Counted from the whole stretch's first letter, positions 35,587 through 49,779 are shown. The stretch is DNA of 63,732 nucleotides, filler included, from Octopus bimaculoides (GCF_001194135.2; 8 parts of 7 records of this genome joined end to end with filler, not necessarily neighbours in it); one strand, 5' to 3'. Program-made: numbers and translations. Notes: generated by a model not told the origin, from the sequence alone.

Positions 35587-36179
35587 TATAAGCAAAAGAG
35601 TTCAAATTTAGGCGCGGAGTACAGTCGATTACACTGGCCCCTCTGTACTTGACGAGTACTTTATTTTATCGACCTTGGGAGGAGGAAACGTAACGATGAT
35701 ATTAGTACGACTCAGTGGTCAACTCTATCTTTTACCTTTCCTGAATCGATAAAATTTGATCCATTCAACTAATTTAATCAACCACACGGTCTTTACTCTT
35801 GTGCTGTTATTAGAAACGCAAAATATTGGTCAGTGATATTAAGAAGGTCAAACAATCAAGCATTACAGCAAACAAAGCTGAAATAACCTAATAAGTGAGA
35901 CTATAAATAACCACACGACTTGCTTGAAATAGCAGCTAATTCGCCTCAAATGACACATAATCATTTAAAAACGAGCATATTTGATGATATAGTCCTAGAT
36001 ACAGTCTACCTAGAAAACATAAGATGGGGTGATCACAGTAAGAAAGCCTTTTCATCGTTAATTAACTAAGTAAGAACTGATTTGAATCTAAACTGCCATG
36101 GAGTCCTCCTATGGGGTCCAGGCCCAGCAGTTCAGGGGTTTCATATCAGTTCTAGGAGGTCACATTTAGAAGGGGTTCC

Positions 36180-36575
36180 CATGATCATACGGTTCTACCG
36201 CGAACATGGATATCCTTTCCTCCATCATGTAGGACGTGCACTTGTCTTCATCATGTAGGGCGTGTACTATCACACGTTTGACAGTGAACTCCACCACCCT
36301 GAACTATTTGGTAATAGCTATTTGGGTTGTCACTGATGATGTCTTCGATCTGATACACGAACTCGACCGACCTATCGACGCCGGACCGCTGAGATTGTTT
36401 ATTTATTTTAGTTACGGACGTTACATCTCCGACAAAGGTTTCTAGTTCTTTCCTGATCCTAAACACGAAGGATCCGATCACATTCAGATAGGTTACGAAC
36501 TCCGAGTCTGTCGACGGGAGACGTAGCGCGAACGCGACGTCTTTTTATTTCTGGCGTCAGACTGGAGCCTGCCAT
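36180..36575 (-). mobile_element. Tc1/mariner-superfamily (maT/DD37D-like) transposase N-terminal relic
   Basis: MAGSSLTPEIKR.../SEFVTYLNVIGSFVFRIRKELETFVGDVTSVTKINKQSQRSGVDRSVEFVYQIEDIISDNP resembles the HTH region of these transposases; frameshifted. Confidence 0.55.
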
Positions 36576-37462
36576 GTTAATGCAGACGACATGTTGGAAA
36601 GAGGAAGGAGAAAGTTAAACTTGTGTGCATGTTATGCTAGACGACATTTGGTCGTCTTTCATTTATGGCCCGCTAAAATTGTTGTAAGAACTGCTCGAGG
36701 CTCTCTATACAGAGATACAACGGGTGTCTGCAGAGTTTCGGAAGCCAAATTTCACCCACAAGATATTGATCGGAGTCTATAAGACATGCAATAGAATCGA
36801 ATTTAGAATCACGGTTGTTGCAAAGCATACTTCTTTATTACACAGCCTGGAGATAACTTCAAACGAGATTTTCCAGCATGCAGAACATTCCAAAACGTTT
36901 TTTTATTTACAGTATTGTCAAAGTTGCATAAGTTTATGTATGTTTGATATTAGGAAAGAAAATGATTTTTGCTGCAACTAGATCAATCTTTCTCCGGTTC
37001 ATGTTTCATTCATTCATGCATACATACATAGGTAATAAGAGATTGGCAGACACAGAGCTTCATGTTGTTCTCTTCTAGAAAAAGAAGAAAAACAAACAGG
37101 AAAAACGAAATAATAAAACGATAGAATGAATCACTTGAGAATGAAAAATTATATCCATAAAGATTTAAGAGAATTTGAATATTCAACGCTTGATTAAAAC
37201 ACACACACACACACATACGTATATAACATTATATATTTATATATTCATATGTATATAACATTACATACATGTATATAAATATATCCTTATCTATCTCTCT
37301 CTCTTTACTCTCTCTCTCTCAAGATACACGCGCACGCGCACGCACACACACACACACACACACACTCCGATGATGACATTCATATATATATGAATGTCAT
37401 CATCTGAGTAGATTAATTTTAACAAGTCGTTTGTCTACCTATACATTTATTTTATTCTCTGT

Positions 37463-37526
<64 letters not shown>

Positions 37527-37679
37527 TGTTATTTAAAACAGTTCCATTCGGTTCCATGCGATTTTTGAGCTTCACAGGTTTCTAGCTAGTTCAGGTTCAT
37601 ATTTTACATTTTAGAGGGAGACAGTGTGAGAAAGACAGAAGAGAATATATGATGTTTGTTTGAGTAGACAGGACTTGAT

Positions 37680-37957
37680 CCTCTCCCGGCGGCCGCCAGT
37701 GGAAGTGATTAGCTGAAATATTTGCGCTCTTGCTCCCAGATTTCCCAAAATGTATCCCCAGTTTTGTCAGATCCCAAAGTAACCGATTCTTCTGCTGATA
37801 GGAAGCAGTATTTTAATGCAGAACGCTCACACCCAAAACGTTTACTGCAAAGTATCTTGTCTGCCATCGACGCACCTCACCAATCAGCCCCTATTTGAAT
37901 GGTAGTTTATTTATCGATCCCGATTGGACGAATGGCATGTTACGTACATATTAAATG

Positions 37958-38008
<51 letters not shown>

Positions 38009-38183
38009 AACGAGAAGATGGAATAAACAGGCTTTAATTACAAATCACAAGAATTGTTTCTGTTCAGTGGTAACAGCTATTAATTACTGAGTTCGCCATA
38101 TCATACTATTACATAAATTAATTTATAAATAGTTACATAAATGTGATCCAACGACAACTGTTCTGGCGCATCATCAGGTGAGT
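37680..38183. promoter_or_regulatory. Candidate regulatory region and non-coding exon
   Basis: GCGGCCGC 37689, GGAAGTG 37701, CCAAT boxes at about 37879 and 37923, perfect CAG|GTGAGT donor at 38178. Confidence 0.25.
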
Positions 38184-40589
38184 AACTTTGATAACACTGC
38201 TGGATCAAGTTCAGCTTTTCATCGTCTCATACAGCTTTCCAGTAAAAGGAGGAATTCTACAGTATGATGGCACAAGGTAGCCGATAACCGCAAGGAAGCT
38301 TTGAAATGCACCTTATGAAGTTATTACACAGATGATACTAAACACACACACACACACACATGATGTCTGTGCATGCTTAATGCACACGCACAATATTTTC
38401 AAGGGAATTTTACACAACACAAAAACTTGTGCTTATTATTTCATGATACTATAGAAAGATAGATTATAGACATGCACAGGTAGACGGAGAGAAAAACAGA
38501 AAGAGACACGGATTTTTACGAGCACAGACGCGTACCCATGTATGTTTGATGTTTGTATGCCGTGTGCATAGAAATAAGTGTGTATGGATGGAATCTAGAA
38601 ATACTTGGAATGGATATTAAAATAGCCATATTCGGTGTATGGCAATTCAACCGAATTTACTTGGCATATAAATATGAATCCGTCGTGCAACGAACGAAGC
38701 TAAATTACGATTTAATTTTGTGGAAATTATGCACGAGCTGCACACAGTATATGACAATGTATAATACAGAGAAAAGAGGGGGAAATACGATGACATAAAT
38801 TAACCGGTTATTTGTGTAAATTAAACAGAGTTAGTTATTTTTAATGTTGATTTATAAAGTGGAAACAGCGTAAAAATTTGTTGACGAAGGAGAGAGAAAG
38901 AAAAAATAAAGCTTTTAAGTAATCGATGCCAATACATGGCTAAGCCAATCCTGGAAGGATGAAAAGTTAAAACCACTGGAGAGATTGGTTAGATGCCAAT
39001 TTCTCCACTCTGAAAACGGAGATTAGATTTACGGTAATGTTTATATGCCCACACTACTGGTTGTATATTCTTGACTTTCGACACACTCCATTTGCCAACA
39101 ATGCAACTATTACGTAATTCTGAGCCCCCAGATACAACTGTAGGACCTGAAATACCATGCTCTTTCACCTGAAAGACCATGCCCTCTCTATATCTTTTGT
39201 TCTCCATGTAAATCTGTTCTATGAATATATAAGTATGTATATGCTTATAATTGAATGTCTATCTTCTGGATATTTTCAGTTTTTCTTTCTCACGCCATAT
39301 CCGTTGTTGATGACTTTTTTGACGAACAAGATGAAAGTTTCTTCTCGGATGGGATCCAAGCACTGCAACGTGTGGAAGCGTGTGGATAGCAAGAGGTGGG
39401 GGATTATGTTGCAAAATAAGCCTCATTTGGCCACATTCCATGAAAGTATCTTGGGCAGCCTTTGAACGTTTCAGCCGAGTCTCGTACGTGTGTACCTTAT
39501 TATATAAAATGTATCGAAGCGTGTCCATAGTGGTGGGCGTAGGTTTGGCTGGTAACTCGCTGATAGTTCGCATACAGATCCATCTTTTCAACATGAAGGC
39601 CATATACCATGTCAGGTTTTCTCATACGTTCAATGTTCATAGAAAAGCTAAGACAATTTTGTACACTAAAGCTCAACAAACAACAATGGAGAAACTTACT
39701 GATGAAGGAAAAATGACAAATCTGGTGGATTTACTTAAATCTGTGCAACATTTATGTTTTTGTCATTCATATTCAATAGTCATTAGTATACTCTGATGTT
39801 TTCTGTTCTTTAGTCATTTATAAGTACTTATATACATTTTACGAGGCTCTACTTGAACTCATTCTGGAATGCTAGGAAGCGTAAATTCCGAGTGAATCAC
39901 CATACTTGGATCAAATGAAAATGATAACCATTTGTGTTTTTTTTTAATCAATTTACCCAAGCGATAGTAAATTAAAGTGATTGTATTTATTTTAGGTATC
40001 AATAGATGTAGGCAATCCTGCTGCTTTCAAGTTTTCGTTTTAAAAGACAAAATCCACTCCTAATTGAATTGATTTTAGCTTCTAAACAGTTTGATTCTTT
40101 GGTGTTATTGGTACTGCATGCAGTTTTTGCTTTTTTTTCTAGCTTTAAAATATCTCCTGGGGGTGTTTTGTATTCTAATTGCAAGGATGACTTCAGGGAA
40201 TCGCAGTTTTACAACTCGCTACATTACCTACGTCATTCTCGACATGAGAGAGGGAAAGAGAGAAAGAGAGTGAGAGAGAGAGAAAGAAAGAAAGACAGAC
40301 AGGGTGCATATGAGGGCGCTCTGGTAACATGTAACCCGGTACAAGCTGTTGCAATTGTCGGTCCGTCGGCAATTAAACTAGCAACACCACTAAGCCTGTT
40401 TGGCGAGTAGGGTGGTTTGGGAACAGCCTGCAGGATGGAAAACAAGCCCCGTCAAAAGGCGGATGAACTCAGGAGTCAACAGCCATCGAATTACTTCACA
40501 CACACACACACACACGCACACACAATGTATGTATGTATGTATGTATGTATGTATGTATGTATGTATGTATGTATGTATGCATGTATGTA

Positions 40590-40800
40590 TGTACCCACAT
40601 ACATCTTCGAGCATTGCTCGCTACAAGCGACTTAAACACACAGCCACACAGTCTTCACCCCACACTCCAACCCGTAACTTTAGAAATCTTCCTAACTGCC
40701 CATTGGAAAGATCCTGCCGTTCACCAAGGACACGGCAGGGTCACATCTAGTCCTTGCTGCCAGTGGATATTGCATTCTACATCACTCATGCCGGTCAAGC
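40590..40800 (+). mobile_element. Highly decayed Penelope-like relic
   Basis: TPTRNFRNLPNCPLERSC parallels TPTCSHRNSTMCPLKGSC of the 10.8-kb element. Confidence 0.35.
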
Positions 40801-41083
40801 AAATTCATGTTATGTAAAATCTATTAAATCTTCTTGGAACTGTTATTGCTGAAATAGCACATCCGACAGAATGATGACTAATTGGCGTCAACAGCTTGTC
40901 TCCTCGGTTACATGAAGAATCCAATATAAAGAGCTGATGTCATTCCTACAAAGTGACCAGGTGGACCTAGCCATAAAAGAACTAATGTCGCTACGATAAC
41001 GAAAACATCCATGCGACATTGAGTGTCATATGGGCGTTTTAAAAATAATATAGTCGTTGCTAAATCCTTATCATAACTTAAAC

Positions 41084-41160
41084 ATTACATGTGATAGCCA
41101 TTACATGTGATAGCCATTACATGTGATAGCCATTACATGTGATAGCCACTACATGTGGTG
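41084..41160. repeat. 16-bp tandem repeat (attacatgtgatagcc), about 4.7 copies
   Basis: Direct inspection. Confidence 0.9.
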
Positions 41161-41289
41161 CTTTGATCATAGATCGTTTCAATGAGGACTGACGTGATGT
41201 CTACAGCATCAGTCTATCATAAATATATAAAAATAGATGGAGGGAAAATATATAAACATTTGAATAGAGACGCTAATGCTGCTGCTGTT

Positions 41290-41302
41290 GGTGATGATGA
41301 AG

Positions 41303-41351
<49 letters not shown>

Positions 41352-41663
41352 GGATGAGGATGATGAGGATGATAATGATGATGATGATGCTGATGATGAT
41401 GATGATGATGGAAATAATAGTAATAGTGATGGTAGTCATGGAGGATGTAAACAAAAATTATGATTTCCTTTCACAATGAAGAAAAAGAGAGGATAATAAT
41501 ATTAGCAGTAGTTGTGATGGTGGTTGTGATGACGATGAATGTGGTGTTGGAAGTGAATACGGTGATGATGATGATGATGATGATGATGATGGTGATAACG
41601 GATGACGACGACGACGACGACGACGACGATGATGAAGACGATCACGATGATGATGATGATGAC

Positions 41664-41721
<58 letters not shown>

Positions 41722-41722
41722 C
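41290..41722. repeat. (GAT/GAC)n trinucleotide tracts
   Basis: Direct inspection; source of the poly-D and poly-M ORFs. Confidence 0.9.
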
Positions 41723-43014
41723 TAATGTCGATTCCGATGATAAACTCTCAAACAAAACAAACAATCAGTTGATGTAAACAATATCAAACATCATGATCAT
41801 GGAAGAAAAAAAAAACATGGTAAACAAATGTAAATAGAAGCAAATATTTTTAAACTGTTGCACTCGGAGAAAATAAATCAATATTTGTAATATCTTTTAC
41901 ACATGAAATGAGATTTGGGTTTTTTTTTCTTGTTTTTCATGAGATTTATTGAAACCTCACATGCTAAAAATATTCTTGATATGATATATGGAATAGGTGG
42001 GTGGGGGAATCGGTTGTAGAATATATTTTTGCAGTCATTTTCGAGTAATGAGAAAAAACATTAGCTTCGAACTTAGTTATGGGTCGGGAGTGTGCGGTGG
42101 AGGTTATTATTTTTTTTTTATAGAATTTTATTTAAGAAGCAAATTCCAGCAAACTGACATGGCTATGCATTTGGACTGTTAATGTCTTTGGAAAAGATTC
42201 AAGAAATGGGTTTTTCTCTTGCATCTTTCAATAGAATATAGAGTCTTTGTAAGAAGTCGAAGTGAATGCTTATATTATGAATTGATGGTATAAGCATTGA
42301 TATTGGTTCGGTGGTGGTGTTATGATGTCAGTCTACCTGCCATCATGTCAAAAGTTCGTATCTCCCAAATGGTATTAAGTTATGTTAAGCATTTCGCTTT
42401 CGAAGTTCATTCTTCCCAACTGACGACAAGGGATACATCTGGATGCTTTAAAGGAGAGAAAACTGTAATTAACGAGTTTCCTTGAACAGTGAGGGCATGT
42501 CATTGATGAGGTCTCACATAGCGGCGAAAAGGCTCTGACAGAGAAAGTTAACAATTGATTGATTGTTTAATCAACACATGAACAAACCATTTGATAAATA
42601 GCAAACTAAAGAAGTGGGATTGAACCCGTGCGTGTGTTTATTTAAATTTTTATTAGCATAATGACCCTCCCTAGCCAACAAGATTTGTTTCAACACACAA
42701 ATTCACATCAAGAGTCTTGCAGACCAAATACAAAAACAAACTATTTTACCCTATTGCGTTCAAATTCAGCTCTGAACGTTGACCAAGCTTGACACATTCT
42801 CACTACCACCAGGTATCAATTAGTTATGTCATTAATCTTATATAAATCATGGTTTGCAATGTTTCTCAGAGCAACGCCTATTAGAATAAATCTGATTTAA
42901 TTAATCTAATTTATTTCTATGTATCAAACATCTAATTTCATCAATATTTCTGTGTTGAATAATCAAAATACTTTCAATGGTTTAATAGAATTGCTTAATA
43001 TTACAAACAGAAAC

Positions 43015-43225
43015 AAGGCAGCAAACTGGCAGAATTGTTAGCGCGCTGATAAAATGTTTAGCCACATTGTTCTGACTTCATATTCTGTGTTTGAATTCCG
43101 CCTTGGTTGACTTCATCTTTTATCCTTTAGGGGGTCGATAAAAATAAATACCAGTTGAGCAGTGCCGTCTATCAACTCACCACCTGCCCCCAAATTGCTG
43201 CCTTTGTGTCAAAATTTGAAACACT
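43015..43225 (+). mobile_element. SINE family B
   Basis: ggcagcaaactggcagaattgttagcgc...tttgaattccgcc...ggggtcgataaaataaataccag. Confidence 0.8.
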
Positions 43226-44356
43226 ACGAACGTCATTAGATCCTTTGGCGAATACCTAACGTAATAAACCTTCATCCCGCGTCTTTTTTTAAATTTATTT
43301 TTCAGTAATTCAACTTGCAAGTTCCAATTTGGGACAATGATTCCTTTTGCTTGCCATAATCTATGTTTTTACAGGTGAATACTTTTTTTTATTCTTTCTT
43401 CAAATTTTCACGATGATTTTTCTTTCAAATCCATGAACTAATTTCTCCATGCTATGTATACGCCCATGAATTACTCAGTTAGTCTCTCCTTTTTAATTAA
43501 TCAAAGATATTACTGGGATAATTTCCTTCCTTCTAAGCTGTTTGATCTTACAGAATTTTCTAAGCTGTTTGGTTTTACACACATCTTCTTAATCCACTGG
43601 TAATAACTGATTTTTTCAAAATCCCTACTGGGTTTATCCCTTAATATTTAATGCATGGGTCATGGATCGCGCGGTTATTGGTCCAGGCCTTTCAGTATAC
43701 GCTTTTGTTATGACAAACATCAATTTTTTCTGCTCTATCATTTAGATTGTTTTGAACGCGTTGTCATCGATGACACACAGTTGCAAATGAATACATTTTC
43801 TAACTCTGCTTATAGTTTTCTTTTATTTTTGCTTTTTATTTGATAATGATCAAAAAACAATATGGCGTCGCACTAATAAGATATTACTAAAGTAATATAA
43901 ATGCTTAAGTGATTTATTATAATGCTGTGTGTCTTCGAATATCGATAAAATTACGATTTACTTTTTAATGCTCGATTCAGAATCAATCAGAATCATTCTA
44001 ATGTCATTATGAAATCTATTTGGAGCCATAGGCTCGAGGTCAGGGGCATGNNNNNNNNNNNNNNNNNNNNNNNNNNNNNNNNNNNNNNNNNNNNNNNNNN
44101 NNNNNNNNNNNNNNNNNNNNNNNNNNNNNNNNNNNNNNNNNNNNNNNNNNNNNNNNNNNNNNNNNNNNNNNNNNNNNNNNNNNNNNNNNNNNNNNNNNNN
44201 NNNNNNNNNNNNNNNNNNNNNNNNNNNNNNNNNNNNNNNNNNNNNNNNNNNNNNNNNNNNNNNNNNNNNNNNNNNNNNNNNNNNNNNNNNNNNNNNNNNN
44301 NNNNNNNNNNNNNNNNNNNNNNNNNNNNNNNNNNNNNNNNNNNNNNNNNNNNNNNN

Positions 44357-44390
<34 letters not shown>

Positions 44391-45944
44391 TATTATTATC
44401 ATTATTATTATCATTATTATTATCATTATACCCGTGTTTGTTTTGATATTAAAACTGAAAAAAAATCGACCTTGTTTGTAAAACATTTTGGATCTGTGTT
44501 TGCATCCCCTAAGCAAATTCTGTTCCCTGCACTTGTGTTTGAAGTAATGTATAGACGAGTATCATTATATTACAATCTGAACATTTAAAATTTAGATGTT
44601 CGAAGTTTACAAGAATTCAGATTTCAATATTCGTTTTTACTCCTTTCCTTTATTAGTCCCAAACATTGAACTGAATATTGGAATACATTCTTGAAAGCTT
44701 AAAGACATTCTTCTCATTCCCAGTTTATACTTCTCTCTGCTCTAAATTCAATAATTTTCTGCATTTATCGGATGGCGTCGTTCTACATTTTTGTTTTTAT
44801 TACGAAAGAAAATAATTTAAAACTAATGGACAGACTTGTAAAAGAGTTTACCCACTCTACATCTTTCTTATGAGTTGAAATTATTTTTTGCTGATCCAAC
44901 AATAATGCTCTGTTACAATATCATTTACTGATAAACACATTGAAAAGAAGATCTTCAGAAAATATAACGCGTGTGACATTCAAATCAATAGAAACACGAA
45001 ACTATAATCACACCATTTATAACAGAACGCTATATTATTATCTCATCCAGGCTGTTCAGCATCTTTACATTTATTGCTACTGAATACATACATACATACA
45101 TACATACATACATCTGTGTGCATGTATGTGCGTGTGTATTATGTATGTATGTATATATGTATATATATATATACATATACTTATATATACGTACATATAT
45201 ATATATATATATATATANNNNNNNNNNNNNNNNNNNNNNNNNNNNNNNNNNNNNNNNNNNNTTAATTAATTAANNNNNNNNNNNNNNNNNNNNNNNNNNN
45301 NNNNNNNNNNNNNNNNNATATATATATATATATATATATACATGTGTATGTGCGCGTACAGGCGTATTGGAATAATTTCCTTAATTTGTAGTTTGTTGCG
45401 AAATATTAAGGACTTCTTAGTTTGGTTAATGCTTTCACTATTATTTCTTCTATATTCGATACAGATTTCCATCTGTATTCTTTTCAATTATTAAATCCAA
45501 TATTTGTTCAAAACAGAGAATACAGAGACAGATATTACGAATCAAAATCCACTTAATCAGAACTCGAGTTAAGGTCATTAGATGATACACTGAAGTGCTT
45601 CTCACACACACAGACACATGTATATATAGGATAAATTGTATATACATTCTTATAAATGTATTAATACGTCAATGTATTTGTACATAAATAATATATAAAT
45701 ATATATTTGTTTAGAGAAGTGTGTGGATGTATAGAAAGAACGAGCGATGGAAAGAGAATTAGTTACGTAGAAGCATTTTTGCATAAATCTGAATATGTAA
45801 GTACAATTATACGCTTATTCATTTATATTTACATCTGTGAACGCACACACGTCCATAAATAGATAGACAGATAGATACATAGATAGATAGATAGATAGAT
45901 ACATACATACATACCTACATACATACAAACATACATACATAGAC

Positions 45945-45977
<33 letters not shown>

Positions 45978-46482
45978 TAGAGATAGATAGATAGATGATG
46001 GAGAGGAGAGAGAAGAGATAGATGTGATAGAGAGAGGTTACACATAAATATCAGAGTTAGGGAAATAAATTTCGTATGTACGTGTGCATGAATGTGTGAG
46101 TATGTGTGTGCGTGTGTGTGTATGCATACAAACATGTATTTAGATATTTGTATACATATACAATTACATTTTTATAGTCTTTTATATGTGTATACTAGGA
46201 TGCGTGATTCTTTGTGCGGTTGTTTGGATGTTCAAAAACGAAAGCACATAATCACACATTTATCTGTACTGATCTCCGTGTGCCTTAGTACGTAAATATG
46301 CACATAAGCATATAAACATGCATAACATTTAAATGATTAACTGATTAAAATATTTCATATTTTCTTCGCGTATATACACATGCACGCGCAAATATATATA
46401 TAGAGAGAGCGATGGTATAGTAGGGGGTGGCGAGAATTAATATACATTAGTAAGTTATTTGTGTGTGTGTGTGTGTGTGTGT

Positions 46483-46523
<41 letters not shown>

Positions 46524-47368
46524 TGTGTGCAAAGAGTTATTACGATTGATAAATACATAGTTCGATAGGTACATATATAAAGTGATAGACAGATAGTATA
46601 TAGACAGGAATGTAAGGAAGCAAGTAGGCATATATCGGTGAATAAATATATTACTTTAATCATATGTATGCTTGTTGGTACACATATAGATAAGATGATT
46701 AAAATAATTATTCTTTACCTGTACATGGAAAATGCATCTTTGCCCATTTACCCATGCATAAGAAAGCTTATATTTATTCCGTTACATATCTCATATACAG
46801 AAATACTTGTTTTCCTTCTTACAGTTGTTATTCAAAATATTTACTAATATTTACGCTCGCAAATAGTCTTATATACACCTACATACATACATATATAGGC
46901 GCAACAGAGAGGGCATTCATAAAATAGATAAATGTTAAAGTAGCTAGCTACAGTTTATTTTTTCGCAATGTAAATTTAAATTGATGTGAATATGTTTTGT
47001 TAATCTCGAAAAGATTAAGAGGATTGTCCTGAATATTTCACGGTTCATTGAGCATTTATCAAATTATAATTACACCTCAGTCCCCTGCCTACGAAGAGAA
47101 TTTATATCAACTAGCTATTTCAATAAATCAAAAACTAAGAGTTGTATGAAATGCTTAGATTAGTTTGCATATTTATCCTTTATCACCAACGTGATTAGAT
47201 TATAAATATTTATGTACAAGGTAGCGTGTATTAGAAAGCGTAAGATAAATACAAATGTAGGTTTCAAATTTTGCCACAAGGCTAGCATATTCGAAGGAGG
47301 GGGTAAATCGATTACATAGACTCCAGTGTCCAACTGGTACTTATTTTATCGACCCCGAAAGGATGAAA

Positions 47369-47437
<69 letters not shown>

Positions 47438-47639
47438 TGTATATACATATATATATATATGTATATATGTATATATATGTATATATATATATATGTATAA
47501 ATGTATGTATTTATGTGTGTGTTTATATACATGTATTTATTTATATTTATTTATTTATGTGTTTCAGCCAAGTGGCTGCGGTCATGCTGGTGCACCACCG
47601 TGATTTTCACGTTCCTTGCATGGCTCTTCTCCCCCACCT

Positions 47640-47890
47640 GACATGGTCCAATCAACAGTTTTGATGGCACATCTGGTGTATAAGAGAATTTGACACAGCT
47701 GCCCTAAACTGCGTCTCATTACGAGCCATTGGTTCGTCTGGTATCGTGGAGAGGAAAGCGTCAAGTTTTGTCTTGAAGACCTCCGCATCCATGTCTTGCA
47801 TGTCTCTCAAATGTTTTGGCAGGGCATTGAAGAGCTGAGGTCCTCTGAAACCGAGGCTGCTGCAGTATCTCGTTCTTATGTGAGATGCAG
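47640..47890 (-). mobile_element. CR1/L2-group LINE ORF2 C-terminal relic
   Basis: ASHIRTRYCSSLGFRGPQLFNALPKHLRDMQDMDAEVFKTKLDAFLSTIPDEP...RAAVSNSLIHQ matches the GPxLFNxLP...FKxxLDxFL..PDxP motif. Confidence 0.8.
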
Positions 47891-48801
47891 NNNNNNNNNN
47901 NNNNNNNNNNNNNNNNNNNNNNNNNNNNNNNNNNTTAATTAATTAANNNNNNNNNNNNNNNNNNNNNNNNNNNNNNNNNNNNNNNNNNNNTGTTGTAATG
48001 AAAGATATGATATTGATGATGATGATGGCGTTGCAGATTTTGTATGTGTAAAAGAAGAAAAAGATGAATCGGAGGTGGAAGAAGCATAAGAAGAAAAAAG
48101 GATTTAATGAAGAAGAATCAGGCAAAGATGAAGAAGAAAAACATGTAGAAGTAGAGAAGTAGAGGAGAAGGAAGAAGAAGACGAAGAAGAAGACGAAGAA
48201 GAAGACGACGAAGAAGAAGACGACGAAGAAGAAGAATGACGAGAATGGTAATGGTAATGAAGACAAGGATGAAGACCTAAGTTATGATAAGGGTGTCTTG
48301 GAGGGGTGGAATTTTAGAGGCCGAGAAGAAGAGGTAGACGAAGTAGAAGAAGATGAAAAGAAGAATAAAAGCAATAACAAGAAAAAAAGAATGTGTATAG
48401 ATATTGAAGTATTAATCATCTGGGGCTAAAGATACAACTACAAGGATTATTCAAGGATGTTTTTAGCCTCTATTTTGAAGCAAACACCATGCGTAATGCG
48501 TTAATACGCTCGCATATACTCATCCGAACACAGTGACATGCAAAAGCATACGCTAAATGGTTCCCTTGAAAGAAGACGCTCCCATATATTCTATATCTTA
48601 GAAATGGGCCCACATTCACATTCACAGAATGTCATGAACAACTAAGTGCAAATATAGAATGGTGATTGTTGGAGCTGAAATTGATGTAAGGGAAGACATT
48701 ACNNNNNNNNNNNNNNNNNNNNNNNNNNNNNNNNNNNNNNNNNNNNNNNNNNNNNNNNNNNNNNNNNNNNNNNNNNNNNNNNNNNNNNNNNNNNNNNNNN
48801 N

Positions 48802-49470
48802 NGAGATGTGATTATTTTCCAGTACTGGAGGTGGCTTATGTTCCCACCGGTTTTTATCATGGGGGAGGTCCAGGGTTTTGCAAATTACCCAGTGAATATA
48901 TTGTGCAGCTCTATCATGCCTGTTGAGATACTCTGTAGGCGCATGAAAACTGCGCATGGAGACAACATGGTCAATGGTTTCATTTTGTTGTTGATATACA
49001 TGACATGTTGGGCAGCTGCCGTTATTTAGTATGTTAGTGTCAAGCTGGCAGAATCGTTAGCACGCCGGGCAAAATGTTTAACTGTATTTCATCTGCCGTT
49101 ACATTCTGAGTTCAAATTCCGGCGAGGTTGTCTTTGCCTTTCATCCTTTCGGGGTCGATTAAATAAGTACCAGTTATGCACTGGAGTCGATGTAATCTAC
49201 TTAATTTCTTTGTCTGTCCTTGTTTATCCCCTTAATGTTGAGCCCCTTGTGGGCAACAAAGAAATAAATATGTTGGCCTGGTAGTTTCTTGTAAGTAGAC
49301 AGTGATCTTGAGCTGCTAGGATAAATCCTTCTGTTTCTGATTTTAAGCCGGAAACCACAAAACATTGATGGCAAGGGCTTTGTGAACATCGGCACTATTA
49401 GCTCTCTTTGAGTATTTGCCATTCAGAAATTTTTCTCGCCATTTATCAGTAAGAATATCTAAGGCAGCAG
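48802..49470 (-). mobile_element. R4/Dong-clade (RLE) non-LTR retrotransposon fragment split by a SINE
   Basis: WREKFLNGKYSKRANSADVHKAL...LAAQDHCLLTRNYQANI [SINE] LNNGSCPTC..NETIDHVVS..EYLNRHDRAAQYIHWVICKTLDLPHDKNRWEHKPPPVLEN. Confidence 0.85.
49040..49265 (+). mobile_element. SINE family B inserted in the R4/Dong fragment
   Basis: Full head to tail; atgtt duplicated at the flanks. Confidence 0.85.
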
Positions 49471-49533
<63 letters not shown>

Positions 49534-49564
49534 CATTATTATTATTATTATTCCTTCGTAACAC

Positions 49565-49662
49565 AGTGAAGGTAAAAATGCACCGGAGTCTTTAGTCATC
49601 TCTCAAGTCACAACAAGGACCTCGGACAGATAATACTTTCTTTAAGATGTGCACTGCGCCCA

Positions 49663-49665
<3 letters not shown>
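49565..49665 (-). mobile_element. R4/Dong 3' end
   Basis: MGAVHILKKVLS resembles the terminal LGTAHILRKVL motif; (TAA)n on both sides. Confidence 0.55.
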
Positions 49666-49709
<44 letters not shown>

Positions 49710-49779
49710 GTAGTAGTAGTGTTTTCCAGCATTAAAACTTACCAATGGCATCTGCAGTTCATATCTAGATGGCGACGTT

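Noticed and set aside
39259-40184. ORFs with faint similarity to CxC-type transposase motifs
   Set aside because: Motifs are weak and in the wrong order; cannot be supported
41182-41777. Poly-Asp and poly-Met ORFs; also the Glu/Lys-rich tract at 48050-48380
   Set aside because: Trinucleotide low-complexity DNA with stops in the surrounding frames
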